In this document: positions 19,609 through 29,193 of the stretch, one piece after another
Layout of the letters: every line of letters starts with the position of its first letter
Numbering within the stretch: position 1 is the first letter of the stretch
NCBI GenBank assembly: GCA_963822965.1
Contig: CAWGJT010000013.1
Span: 1-64,000, forward strand
Origin: an uncultured delta proteobacterium
GTDB taxonomy: Bacteria; Myxococcota_A; UBA9160; UBA4427
Direction: 5' to 3'
DNA length: 64,000 nucleotides
The notes under the pieces: generated by a model
Told to the model about the DNA's origin: nothing
The model's input: only the letters and a program-made list of their open reading frames with translations
Databases searched by the model: none
Position numbers and translations under genes: made by a program

Positions 19609-20805
19609 TCACAGCCCCAGCAGGCCCGTCGCCCAGGCCAGCCCACCCTCGAGCCCGGTGAAGACCAGGACGCACGAGAACGCGAAGTAGTGGAACGTCA
19701 GCAGCGCGCTCAGGGCGTGACCCATCCGGGTGTCGCGCCAGAACGCGCGCACGGGCGCCGGCAGCAGACGCCCGGCCGATCGCGCCGGGCGCCCCACCCA
19801 CACGAGGCCCACCCCCTGCAGCAGGCCCCAGACCAGGAAGTTCCAGCCGATCCCGTGCCACAGCCCGCAGAACGCCATGGTCACCACCTGGGCGGTCACC
19901 AGGGCCAGCGTGTCGTGCCCGACGCCTCCGGGCCCCAGCAGGCTGCGGCTGATGGGCAGGAAGAGGTAGCGGCGCAGCCAGGCGGTGAGGGTCATGTGCC
20001 AGTGCTGCCACAGCTGCGCGAGGTTCCGGCGCACCAGCGGGTTGTCGAAGTTCTCCTGGATGTCCATGCCGAAGACCGCCGCCACGCCGATCGCGATGTC
20101 GCTGTAGCCGGCGAAGTCGAAGTAGAAGCGCAGCACCGACGCATAGGCGGCCAGCAGCAGGATGCCCGACGACTGCGACCCCGGATCGCCGAGGACGGGC
20201 CCCACCCACACGCCCAGGTAGTGGGAGAGCAGCATCGTCTTCACCAGCCCGTAGAGGATGCGCTCCAGGCCGCCGAGGACGCGCGCGCGGCTGGGCCGGG
20301 GTGTCTGGCCCTGGAAGTGCAAGAACGGCTCGATGGGACCGCTCGTGTAGGTGGGCAGGAAGACGATCCACGCGAGCAGGTCCACGAACGAGGCCTGCCG
20401 GAGCGATCCGCGCGCGGCGTCGACCACCACCGCCGCGGCCTTCAGGACGAGGTAGGAGACGCCGAGCAGCACCAGCCCCCCCTGGCTGGGGAGCACCCCG
20501 CCACGACCCCCGGGCCCGCTGGTCAGCGAGAGCTTGTTCGCCAGAAACAGCAGCACGAGCGCGGCGAGCGCCGGGACGGCCACCGCCCAGCGAGCACGGC
20601 GAGAGAGACCGCCGTGGACGAGGACGTGCACGACTCCGTAGAGCGAAACGGCCACGACGGAGACGAGGACCAGCAGCCGCGGGTCGATCCAGGCCAGGCC
20701 GACGGCGCTGGCGACCCAGAGGGCCTCCCGGCGCCAGCGCTCGGGCACCAGCAGCCAGTAGAGGGGCGCCAGCAGCAACGCACCGAGGAGGGCGGGAAGG
20801 GCCAT
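19609..20805 (-). CDS. MBOAT O-acyltransferase, short DltB-type (no C-terminal tyrosine motif)
   Basis: FLPTYTSGPI, YFDFAGYSDIAIG, ENFDNP, WQHWHMTLTAWLRRYLFLP, GLWHG; 398 aa ending WATGLLGL. Confidence 0.88.
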   Translation of the reverse strand: MALPALLGALLLAPLYWLLVPERWRREALWVASAVGLAWIDPRLLVLVSVVAVSLYGVVHVLVHGGLSRRARWAVAVPALAALVLLFLANKLSLTSGPGGRGGVLPSQGGLVLLGVSYLVLKAAAVVVDAARGSLRQASFVDLLAWIVFLPTYTSGPIEPFLHFQGQTPRPSRARVLGGLERILYGLVKTMLLSHYLGVWVGPVLGDPGSQSSGILLLAAYASVLRFYFDFAGYSDIAIGVAAVFGMDIQENFDNPLVRRNLAQLWQHWHMTLTAWLRRYLFLPISRSLLGPGGVGHDTLALVTAQVVTMAFCGLWHGIGWNFLVWGLLQGVGLVWVGRPARSAGRLLPAPVRAFWRDTRMGHALSALLTFHYFAFSCVLVFTGLEGGLAWATGLLGL

Positions 20806-21113
20806 CAGCCCTCGCGGCTCGAAGGGGGCTCCCCGGCCGGAAGGCCGCTCTCTGCAAGGCGGCTCTCTGCATAGGCCAGCATGCGCGCGATGGACCCGAA
20901 GTGCAGATCCCCGATGTCGTCGTCCGAAATCTCGATGCCCAGCAGCGCTTCGAGATGACCCGCCAGGCGCACGAGATCCATGGAGTCGATGTGACCGTCC
21001 GACACCAGCTCGAGGTCGCGGTCGACGGGCGCGATCTCGAGGCGCAGCACGTCCGCCAGGAAGCGCTGCAGGCTCGCCTCGATCTGCGGGCGGTCCACGT
21101 CGACGGCGTCCAC
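20805..21113 (-). CDS. Acyl carrier protein (DltC-like)
   Basis: LVSDGHIDSMDLV phosphopantetheine-attachment motif; stop overlaps the MBOAT start. Confidence 0.85.
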   Translation of the reverse strand: MDAVDVDRPQIEASLQRFLADVLRLEIAPVDRDLELVSDGHIDSMDLVRLAGHLEALLGIEISDDDIGDLHFGSIARMLAYAESRLAESGLPAGEPPSSREG

Positions 21114-21128
21114 GTCAGGCTTCCATGC

Positions 21129-22850
21129 TCAGGCGTCCGATTCCGCGCGCAGCTCGTCCGCGTAGCGCGCCCGGGTGGGGCCCCGGGCCAGCTTGCCGCT
21201 GGTACCCTTCTCGATGCCGCCGGGCGGCACCAGCACCAGGGCGCCGAGCCCGAGCCCCGTCACCTGCGTGATCTCCCGGCGGATGCGCCGTTCGAGATCG
21301 CGCAGGGCCTCCTCGGACGTCTCGCGCGTCTCCACCACGGCGGCCAGGTCCTCGGTGCCCCGCTGCTCATTCTGCACGCCGAAGGCCACCGCGCATCCCT
21401 CGCGAACCCCGGGCACCCGATTGATCACCGACTCGATGTCGTCGGGCAGGTACTTCTCGCCGCCGATCACGATCAGGTCCTTCTCCCGCGCCACGAAGAA
21501 GAGATAGCCGTCCACCATGTAGCCGCTGTCGCCCGTGTCGAGCCAGTCGCCGACGCGTACCCGGCGGGTGCGCTCGGGGTCGTCGTGGTAACGCTCGAAG
21601 AGCGCATTCGAGCGCAGCCAGACGGTGCCCACCCGGCGATCGGGCAGCGGTCGCCCTTCCGGGTCGCGGATCTCGAGCCGGCAGTCCGGAATCGCGCGGC
21701 CCACCGAGACGCAGGAGACGCCGTCGCCGGACGTGGGACGCGCGACGCCCTCCCGCGCCAGCGCGTCGCGGTCCAGCACCTCGCAGCGGGGCAGCTCGTC
21801 CACGGGATGCACCGTCGCCAGCACCGTGGCCTCCGCCAGCCCGTAGGCCGGGCTCATGCTCGTCGGCGCGAATCCGTAGGGCGCCATGCGCCGCGCGAAC
21901 GCCTCGAGGGTGGGAGCGAGCACGGCCTCGGACCCGTTCAGGGCCAGGCGCCAGCTGGACAGGTCGAGCCCCTCGAGCTGGTCGTCCGTGAGACGCTTCG
22001 CGCACAGCGCGTAGGCCAGGTTCGGCGCCCAGGAGAAGGTGCCGCCATAGCGGTCGATGGTGCGCAGCCAGAGGGTCGGGTCGCGCATGAAGTCCATGGT
22101 CGGGATCAGCACCGTCTTGCAGCCGCACAGCAGCGGCAGCAGGAAGGCGCCGAAGAGCCCCATGTCGTGGTACAGGGGAATCCAGTTGACGGCGACGTCG
22201 TCCTCGCGCACCCCGAAGCCCGCGCGCATGGAGCGGAGGTTGTTCGTGGCGGCGCCGTGTGTGACGAGCACGCCCTTGGGCGTTCCGGTCGTCCCCGAGC
22301 TGTACTGCACGGTGGCGATGGTCTCGGGTCCGCACGCGACGGGCATGGGCCAGGCGTCCGGCGTCCCCACCTCGTCGGGTGCCAGCAGCCGGGCATCGCC
22401 CAGGCAGGCGGCGCGCTCGCCCTCGAAGAGCGCGGCCACGTCGGGTCCGCACACGAGGCTGTGGGGACGACCGTTCTCCACCACGTGGGCCACCCGGGCG
22501 GTGAAGAGGCTCGGGTCGGCGATGCGATGGGACGGCGTCGAGAGCATGGCCGGGATGCCGCCGGCCAGCATCGCGCCGAAGTAGGCCGCGATCAGATCCG
22601 TGGAGGTGGGTAGCACCAGCACCACCATGCTGCCGGGCTCGAGCCCCCGCTCGCCGAAGGCGGCCTGGAAGCAGCGGGCCCGGTCCCACAGCGCGGCCAG
22701 GGTGACGGCCTGCTCGCCCGCGCGACGGTCGAGAAGCACCAGCGCTTCGTCGTCGGGACGCTGCAGGGCCAGGTCCCGCAGCGCGCCCGTCAGGGTGTTC
22801 GCGCGGGACAGCACGTCGGCCGCTTCGGCGGAGTGGGGGCTCTGGCTCAT
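21129..22850 (-). CDS. Fatty acyl-AMP ligase (FAAL)
   Basis: QYSSGTTGTPKGV, WIPLYHDMGL, AYGLAEAT followed by a FAAL-type insertion, DTGDSGY, SGKLAR. Confidence 0.88.
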   Translation of the reverse strand: MSQSPHSAEAADVLSRANTLTGALRDLALQRPDDEALVLLDRRAGEQAVTLAALWDRARCFQAAFGERGLEPGSMVVLVLPTSTDLIAAYFGAMLAGGIPAMLSTPSHRIADPSLFTARVAHVVENGRPHSLVCGPDVAALFEGERAACLGDARLLAPDEVGTPDAWPMPVACGPETIATVQYSSGTTGTPKGVLVTHGAATNNLRSMRAGFGVREDDVAVNWIPLYHDMGLFGAFLLPLLCGCKTVLIPTMDFMRDPTLWLRTIDRYGGTFSWAPNLAYALCAKRLTDDQLEGLDLSSWRLALNGSEAVLAPTLEAFARRMAPYGFAPTSMSPAYGLAEATVLATVHPVDELPRCEVLDRDALAREGVARPTSGDGVSCVSVGRAIPDCRLEIRDPEGRPLPDRRVGTVWLRSNALFERYHDDPERTRRVRVGDWLDTGDSGYMVDGYLFFVAREKDLIVIGGEKYLPDDIESVINRVPGVREGCAVAFGVQNEQRGTEDLAAVVETRETSEEALRDLERRIRREITQVTGLGLGALVLVPPGGIEKGTSGKLARGPTRARYADELRAESDA

Positions 22851-22935
22851 CGCAGCCTACCTCGAGGTTCCCAGGCGCGAAACATCCTACGGGGGCGTCG
22901 GGTCCGCATCAAGACGCTCGCCCGCGCACCCGCGC

Positions 22936-23190
22936 TCACACCCGCCCGCAGACATAGTCGGTGATCATCGCCAGGGTGTCGAAGTGGTCCACGTCGATGT
23001 CCCGGTCGGGAATCCGCAGGCCGAACGTGCGCTCGAGGTGGGTGGCGAGCCGAACGAGGCTCGCGGAATCCAGCCGTCCCGAGCTCACGAGTGGCGCGTC
23101 CCGTCCGAGCTCGCTCTCCGGAATCCCGATCTCGTCGCGCAGCCACGCGCGCACCCGGGCCTCCACCTCGGCGGGTGCATCAGTCGACAT
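22936..23190 (-). CDS. Acyl carrier protein (DltC-like)
   Basis: LVSSGRLDSASLV motif, 84 aa, overlaps the upstream FAAL stop. Confidence 0.85.
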   Translation of the reverse strand: MSTDAPAEVEARVRAWLRDEIGIPESELGRDAPLVSSGRLDSASLVRLATHLERTFGLRIPDRDIDVDHFDTLAMITDYVCGRV

Positions 23191-24937
23191 CGTGCCTCCC
23201 GAAGATCTCGGGGTAGCGGTCGCGGGTGGCCCGGCGCGCCAGCTTCCCGCTCGTGGTCTTCTGGATGCCCAGCGGCGGCACCAGGTGCACGTAGCGCAGG
23301 CCGAGCCCCAGGCTGCGGCTCACCTCCCGGCGAATGGCGTCGGCCAGGGCCTTGCGCTCCGCCTCGTCCTCCACCCGGGTCTCCACGACGGCGGCGAGCT
23401 CTTCGGTGCCGAGCGGCTCGTTCATCACGCCGAACGCCACCGCGCAGCCGTCGCGCACGCCGGGAACCCGGTTGATGGCGGCCTCCACGTCGTGGGGCGC
23501 GTAGTTCTCGCCCCCGATCACGATGAGGTCCTTGCTGCGCGCCACGAAGAAGAGATGACCGTCCACGAGATAGCCCCGGTCGCCGGTGTCGAACCAGCCG
23601 TCCACCCGGGTCTCGGCGGTGAGGGCCGGCTCGTTCTTGTACGCGGTGAAGAGACAGTCGGTCTGGATCCACACCTCGCCGACCCGGCGGTCGGGCAGGG
23701 GCTCGCGATCTTCGTCCCGGATCTCCACCCGCGCTCTCGGAAGCGGCGCGCCCACGCCCACGCTCGGCATGGCGTCGGGCGCGTCCTCCGACACGGGCAC
23801 CGCCACCGCGTCGCGACCGAGCCGGGTGCGATCGACGTGCTCGATGCGGGTCGGCTCGCCCGGCGCATGGCTCGTCACGATGACGCAGCTCTCGGCGAGG
23901 CCCCAGGAGGGCGTCATCGCGTCGGGCGCGAAGCCGAAGGGCTCGAAGCGCCGCTGGAAGGCTTCGACGGTCTCGGCCAGCACGGGCTCGGCCGCGCTCA
24001 TGGCGAGCCGCCAGCTCGACAGGTCGAGTCCCTGCAGCTCTTCGTCCCGCAGACGCTTCGCGCACAGCGAGTACCCGAAGTTCGGCGACCACGAGATCGT
24101 GCCGCGATAGGCGCCGATGGCGTGGAGCCAGAGGGAGGGCTCGCGCAGGAAGTCCATGGTGGGGATCAGCACCGTCGGACAGCCCGCCAGCAGCGGCAGC
24201 AGGAAGGCGTCGATCAGCCCCATGTCGTGGTAGAGGGGAATCCAGTCGACGCTCACGTCGGACGGCGTGATGCCGAGCCCCTCGCGAAGCGAGCGCACGT
24301 GATTGAGGATGGCGCCGTGCTCGAGCAGCACGCCCTTCGGCTCGCCCGTCGAGCCGGACGAGTACTGGATGGTGCCGAAATCGCGCGGAGAAACGCGGCG
24401 GGTCTCGGGCAGCGTCGAAGAGGGTGCCAAAGCGGGCGTCAGCTGAGCGGGTCGCAGCACCGCGGCGCCGCCGAGCACGCCCGCGGCCTCACCCTCCAGG
24501 AGCCTCGCCACCTCGTCCTCGCAGTAGAGCACCTTCGCGTCGGCGTTGCCCAGGATGAGCCCCAGGTGCTCGCGGTAGAGGTCGAGGTTCGCCACGCGGT
24601 GGGAGGGTGTGGCGAGGATCGCCGGCACGCCGCCCGCGAGCAGCGTCCCGAAGTAGCCGGCCACCAGGTCCATGCAGGTGGGGAACACCAGCAGCACGGT
24701 GTCGCCGGCTCCTACGCCGCGCGCCTCCAGGGCCTGCTGTACGACCTTGGCCTCGCGGTACAGCTGCCCGTACGTGGCGCGCGTCTCCTGCCAGTGCCGG
24801 TCCAGGATCGCGAAGCCCACGTGGGCGGGATGCCGGCGCGCCAGCTCCTCGAAGGCACCCCCGAGCGTCTCCGCGCGGGTCAGGACCTCGGGCGAGACGG
24901 GGCTCGGGGGCAGCGGAACCAGGTGGGCGGCGCGCAC
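23180..24937 (-). CDS. Fatty acyl-AMP ligase (FAAL), paralog of 21129-22850
   Basis: QYSSGSTGEPKGV, WIPLYHDMGL, SWGLAESC plus insertion, DTGDRGY, KTTSGKLARR. Confidence 0.88.
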   Translation of the reverse strand: MRAAHLVPLPPSPVSPEVLTRAETLGGAFEELARRHPAHVGFAILDRHWQETRATYGQLYREAKVVQQALEARGVGAGDTVLLVFPTCMDLVAGYFGTLLAGGVPAILATPSHRVANLDLYREHLGLILGNADAKVLYCEDEVARLLEGEAAGVLGGAAVLRPAQLTPALAPSSTLPETRRVSPRDFGTIQYSSGSTGEPKGVLLEHGAILNHVRSLREGLGITPSDVSVDWIPLYHDMGLIDAFLLPLLAGCPTVLIPTMDFLREPSLWLHAIGAYRGTISWSPNFGYSLCAKRLRDEELQGLDLSSWRLAMSAAEPVLAETVEAFQRRFEPFGFAPDAMTPSWGLAESCVIVTSHAPGEPTRIEHVDRTRLGRDAVAVPVSEDAPDAMPSVGVGAPLPRARVEIRDEDREPLPDRRVGEVWIQTDCLFTAYKNEPALTAETRVDGWFDTGDRGYLVDGHLFFVARSKDLIVIGGENYAPHDVEAAINRVPGVRDGCAVAFGVMNEPLGTEELAAVVETRVEDEAERKALADAIRREVSRSLGLGLRYVHLVPPLGIQKTTSGKLARRATRDRYPEIFGRHDVD

Positions 24938-25047
24938 GCCGCGTACTCTACCCCAGCGACTTCGCGCGCTTCAATCGACGCGCGATGGGCGAAGAGAGCG
25001 CAGCGGGGCGCGAAGCTGCACCGCGGCTGCCGCTCGGCTGCCGGCGC

Positions 25048-26022
25048 TCAGCCTTCGGCGCCGGGCTCGGGCTCGACGCCCAGGGTCGACCCGACGACGT
25101 AGCGCGGGCGCCGCTTCACCTCTTCGTAGGTGCGCCCCACGTACTCGCTCACGATGCCCAGGGACAGGAGCTGCACGCCGCCGAAGATCAGGATGAGGAT
25201 GACGATCGACGTGCCGCCGCTGCCCTCCACTCGCCCCAGGAAGTAGGAGACGAGCCAGAAGATTCCGAACGCAACACCGAAGAGCGTCGTGCCGAGGCCC
25301 AGCAGAGAGATGAGCCGCAGGGGGATCACCGAGAACGAGAAGATCGCATCCAGGCCCAGGCGCAGCTGCCGGCGCAGGTCGTACTTGCTCTCGCCCGCAA
25401 AGCGCGGCTCCACCTCGTAGGAGACGAACGCGTCGCGGAAGCCGAGCCAAGGAATGAGCCCCCGCACGAAGAGGAAGTGCTCGTCCAGCGAATTGAAGGC
25501 GTCCACCGCCTTGCGGTCCAGGAGCCGGAAGTCTGCTCCCGCCGCCACCACCGGCACGGCGGTCATCCAGCTCAGCACGCGATAGAAGAGCGCGCTGGTC
25601 CGTTCCTTGGCGGTTCGGCTGCGGCTCCCCGGCGCCTGCCGGCCGGTGTTCACCACGTCGGCTCCCGCGCGCCAGGCCGCCACCAGCTGCGGCACGCACT
25701 CGGGCGGATGCTGGAGATCGCCGTCGAGGGTGACGACGGCGTCGCCCCGGGCGTGGCGCAGCCCGGCCACGAGCGCCGCCTGATGACCGAAGCTGCGGGT
25801 GAGCCGGACGCTCTTCACGGCGGGATCTGCGGCGCGCAGGGAGGCGATGCGCTCGGGGGTCGCGTCGGTGCTGCCGTCGTCGACGAACAGGATCTCGTAG
25901 CGCATTCCCGCCTCGGCGGCGGCCGCCCGCGCCCGGCGCACGAACTCGTCCACGCAGCCTTCTTCGTTGAGGACCGGGACCACGAAGGACAGCAGGGCGT
26001 CGGCCGGCCGCTCAACGCTCAC
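25048..26022 (-). CDS. GT2 polyprenyl-phosphate glycosyltransferase (GtrB/CsbB-like)
   Basis: VVPVLNEE, VDDGSTD, RSFGHQAAL, LDGDLQHPP, DFRLLDR, two C-terminal TMs, EYVGRTYEEVKRRPRY. Confidence 0.9.
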   Translation of the reverse strand: MSVERPADALLSFVVPVLNEEGCVDEFVRRARAAAAEAGMRYEILFVDDGSTDATPERIASLRAADPAVKSVRLTRSFGHQAALVAGLRHARGDAVVTLDGDLQHPPECVPQLVAAWRAGADVVNTGRQAPGSRSRTAKERTSALFYRVLSWMTAVPVVAAGADFRLLDRKAVDAFNSLDEHFLFVRGLIPWLGFRDAFVSYEVEPRFAGESKYDLRRQLRLGLDAIFSFSVIPLRLISLLGLGTTLFGVAFGIFWLVSYFLGRVEGSGGTSIVILILIFGGVQLLSLGIVSEYVGRTYEEVKRRPRYVVGSTLGVEPEPGAEG

Positions 26023-28310
26023 GGGTGCTCCCGGTGGACTTCGGGCTCGGGCTCTGGATGAGGTTTTGGATCAGGAGACGCATGGCCTCGGATGGAATCA
26101 CTGCCCCCCGGCGCTGGCAACTCGCGACGGCGCGATCGGCGCAGCGCCAGGCCCACGGTCGCGAGGACGGCGAGCCCGGTGATGGCGGCGCCCGCCGGCA
26201 CCGTCCACGGCCGGTAGTCGAAGCGCACCAGGTGCCGCCCCGCCGGCAGCAGCACGCCCCGGAACAGGTGGTTGGCGGCGACGATCGGCCGCTCCTCGCC
26301 GTCGACCGTGGCGTGCCACCCCGGATAGAAGGAGTCCGCCAGCACCAGCATGCCCGGCGCCTCGAGCACGGCCTCCACCTCCACCCGGGTGTCGTCGTCC
26401 CGGGTGATGGTCGCGGCATGGCCCCGGCGCGGGGCGCCGCCGGGTGCCGTCTGCGGGCTCGGGTCCTCCGCGTAGCTGGCCGCCAGCGGATCGAACGCCG
26501 GATCGCTCATGGCGGCCATCAGCGCCGCGGGCCCGGGCGCCTCACGCACGTGGTAGGTCACGTAGGCGCGGGGCACCGCGTGCGGATTGCCGAGCAGCAG
26601 GAAGTCGGGATCGGGGATCGGCTCGGGAACGAGACCGTGCGCATCGATGAAGTCCCGCAGCTCGCCCCGTTCCGCGCCCTTGCGACCCGCCACCACCCAG
26701 TGGACGGACGCCACGTCCAGCAGGTGCCCCCGCTCGGCGAGGGCGCCCGGATAGGTGGGCGCCGTCAGGTGGTGCAGCCGACCCGAGTAGGGGCGCCCGC
26801 GGCGCTTGGGGTCGAGCCGTCCCTCCATCAGCCAGGTGAAGTAGTCCGCCTGCCGGCGCAGGTTGAGGGGCTCGTAGTCGCCGATGGATCGCATGCGGAA
26901 GTAGGTGGCGAGCTTGGGGGGAAGCTGGGTGCCGATGCCGAAGCTGCGGATCCAGGCGCGCTCGCCGGACTCGGCGACGCGGGTGAAGATGGGCCGCTCG
27001 TTGCCGTACACGGCGACGAGGCTCGGCGCGAAGTAGAGCGCCTCGTCGTTGGGCCGGGCGCTGAAGATCTCACCGGCGAGGAGCGCCACGGGCAGCCAGA
27101 CGAGCCACGCCCACGCAGGCGCGGCCACCCGCGCGGCGAAGCGTTCTCGCACCCCCGAGACCACCGCCTGGACGCCGATCGCCACCAGAATCGCCACGAA
27201 GAAGTCCACCAGGAAGAGCGAGCGGCGGGGGAAGCGGAACCAGCCGAGGGCGGGCAGCGTCGCGATCCAGTCGAAGAACGGAGTCACCGGCCCCATGGCG
27301 AAGAGCAGCACCACGGCGGCCGCCGCCAGGCACGCCAGCGAGAGCGCGCGCCGGCGGCGGTCGCAAGCCGCGGCCAGCCCGGCCGCCAGCGCGACGACGC
27401 CGAACGAGAGCACCAGCGCCGGGAACGGCGCTCGCAGCGTACGCACGAAGGCGTCGGCCACCCCCGGTCCGTACCAGCCGAAGGGAAACTGCTGCCAGCG
27501 CGTGAGCGCGCCCGGCGACCGGGTTCCCTGGGCGGTGAGCTCCCAGCCGGGCAGCAGCTGGACGGCGCCAAGGGCGGCGCCCAGGACCAGCGCCCCGGCG
27601 AAGAGCGCCGTGCACACGGCAAGGCCCCGCGCACCGGCGCGCTCCTGCACGAGGAGCCCGGCCAGCAGGGCCCCCCAGGCGTAGACGACGTAGACGGTGA
27701 CCTGGGGATAGCCCGCCAGCAGGCTCAGACCGAGGCACGAGGCCAGTGCGGCCACCGCGGACAGGCGGCGGGTTCGCACCAGGCTCGTCACCGCCACCGC
27801 ACCCACCGGCAGCCAGGCCGCCGCCTCGAGCATGTTCGGGAAGAACACCATGTTCGGGTAGCGGCCGCGGATCGCCAGCACGAGCGCCGCCGCCACGGCG
27901 GCCACCATTCCGAGACCCAGCCGGCGTGCCAGCACCCCCATCGCCACCGCCGCGATCGAGAGATGCGCGATGCCCGAGAGCCCGAAGGCCACCTTCACGG
28001 GCAGGATCAGGTAGAGGACGTGGCCGGGATAGAAGAAGCCCGCCTGCAAGCTGGCGAGTCGGGGAATGCCGCACAGCTGGTACGGATTCCACAGCGGGAG
28101 CACCCCCTCCCGCAAGGTGCCGTAGAGGGTCTCGTAGATCGGCAGGTAGTAGAGGAAGACGTCGCTCGTGAGCAGGCCGGCCTCCCGGCCGGAGAGCCAG
28201 ACGCGGAACGTCCAGAAGAGCGCGACCGCCACCACGAGCCCGCCGGTCGCGAGCGCCCCGAGCCCACCGCGGTCGAGAGAGCGTCGCTGCGTGGCGGGCT
28301 CGGAGCTCAT
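26019..28310 (-). CDS. YfhO-family GT-C membrane glycosyltransferase
   Basis: LPLWNPYQLCGIP, FFYP, LAGYPQ, C-terminal LVLADSFYPGWHATVDG...GVLLPAGRHLVRFDYRP. Confidence 0.85.
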   Translation of the reverse strand: MSSEPATQRRSLDRGGLGALATGGLVVAVALFWTFRVWLSGREAGLLTSDVFLYYLPIYETLYGTLREGVLPLWNPYQLCGIPRLASLQAGFFYPGHVLYLILPVKVAFGLSGIAHLSIAAVAMGVLARRLGLGMVAAVAAALVLAIRGRYPNMVFFPNMLEAAAWLPVGAVAVTSLVRTRRLSAVAALASCLGLSLLAGYPQVTVYVVYAWGALLAGLLVQERAGARGLAVCTALFAGALVLGAALGAVQLLPGWELTAQGTRSPGALTRWQQFPFGWYGPGVADAFVRTLRAPFPALVLSFGVVALAAGLAAACDRRRRALSLACLAAAAVVLLFAMGPVTPFFDWIATLPALGWFRFPRRSLFLVDFFVAILVAIGVQAVVSGVRERFAARVAAPAWAWLVWLPVALLAGEIFSARPNDEALYFAPSLVAVYGNERPIFTRVAESGERAWIRSFGIGTQLPPKLATYFRMRSIGDYEPLNLRRQADYFTWLMEGRLDPKRRGRPYSGRLHHLTAPTYPGALAERGHLLDVASVHWVVAGRKGAERGELRDFIDAHGLVPEPIPDPDFLLLGNPHAVPRAYVTYHVREAPGPAALMAAMSDPAFDPLAASYAEDPSPQTAPGGAPRRGHAATITRDDDTRVEVEAVLEAPGMLVLADSFYPGWHATVDGEERPIVAANHLFRGVLLPAGRHLVRFDYRPWTVPAGAAITGLAVLATVGLALRRSRRRELPAPGGSDSIRGHASPDPKPHPEPEPEVHREHP

Positions 28311-28445
28311 CGGCGCGGATCCTATCAGAAAGCCCTGGCCGCGAGCCGACACCCCGGCGGCCAGTAGTACATCACGCCCCCTGCTCGGCGACGTCTTCGG
28401 CCGGCCGGAAGTCGCACCCCGGACGCAGACGGCGGCCTGCGGGCT

Positions 28446-28889
28446 TCACGCGCCGGCCCCCGGCACGGGCCGAGCGCCCGCGTGGATCGTCGGATCGCCC
28501 TCGCTCCACAACACCTTCTGCTGGATCCCGCAGATGCACCACGAGGGGCTCCGGCGTTCCAGCCGGAAGACGTAGACGACGTGGGAGTCGAACGAGCGCT
28601 CGCCCCGCCGGCGCTGGATCAAGCCCGAGGCCCGACACGTGGCACGGTCTCCCTGCGCCTCGATCTCGAGGTTCGAGAGCAGGTGGTGCGTATCGAGATC
28701 CGCCAGGGCGTTCCGTCGCCGGCGCGTGTAGTCGGCCCGAGACACGATGTCCCGCTCGCCGCGCAGATCCGAGTAGTCGACCTCCACGCGCTCGGCCAGC
28801 AGGGCCTCGAGGCCCGACCAGTCCTTCAGGTCGAAGCAGTTTCCGAAGCGGCCCACGATGCGGGAGATCTCTTCCACCGGGCGAGTCAC
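28446..28889 (-). CDS. SnoaL/NTF2-like protein
   Basis: FDLKDWSGLEALL...VDYS...THHLLSN pattern; GTG start 7 nt after TGG-TAGATT. Confidence 0.75.
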   Translation of the reverse strand: MTRPVEEISRIVGRFGNCFDLKDWSGLEALLAERVEVDYSDLRGERDIVSRADYTRRRRNALADLDTHHLLSNLEIEAQGDRATCRASGLIQRRRGERSFDSHVVYVFRLERRSPSWCICGIQQKVLWSEGDPTIHAGARPVPGAGA

Positions 28890-28938
28890 GGCCGGCAATC
28901 TACCACAGCGACGAGGTCGCTCCGGACGCGGGTGTGGC

Positions 28939-29133
28939 CTACGAGCCCTTCAGGTCCGTGAGGACCTGCTTCGCGAAGAAGAAGGCGACGGCGCCCACCA
29001 CCAGGCTCGCGGCCGTGGAGGGCACCGGGCCGAACATCTCGCGTACGGGCGCGTCCACCAGCCAACCGGCCGCGGAAGCGATGAGCATGGCGACGAACGT
29101 GGGCATCCCCCGGAAGATCGGTGAAAACCGCAC
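28939..29133 (-). CDS. Small two-TM hypothetical protein
   Basis: 64 aa with two hydrophobic segments; fills the gap between co-oriented genes. Confidence 0.55.
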   Translation of the reverse strand: MRFSPIFRGMPTFVAMLIASAAGWLVDAPVREMFGPVPSTAASLVVGAVAFFFAKQVLTDLKGS

Positions 29134-29193
29134 GTCGCTTGAGCGCAGGGCCCCGGGACAGCGCCTGCCCGGCCCCACGCCCGACGCCTCGCC

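Noticed and set aside
21129..24937. NRPS/PKS biosynthetic cluster
   Set aside because: No condensation, ketosynthase or thioesterase domains; the context is MBOAT/SGNH/glycosyltransferase
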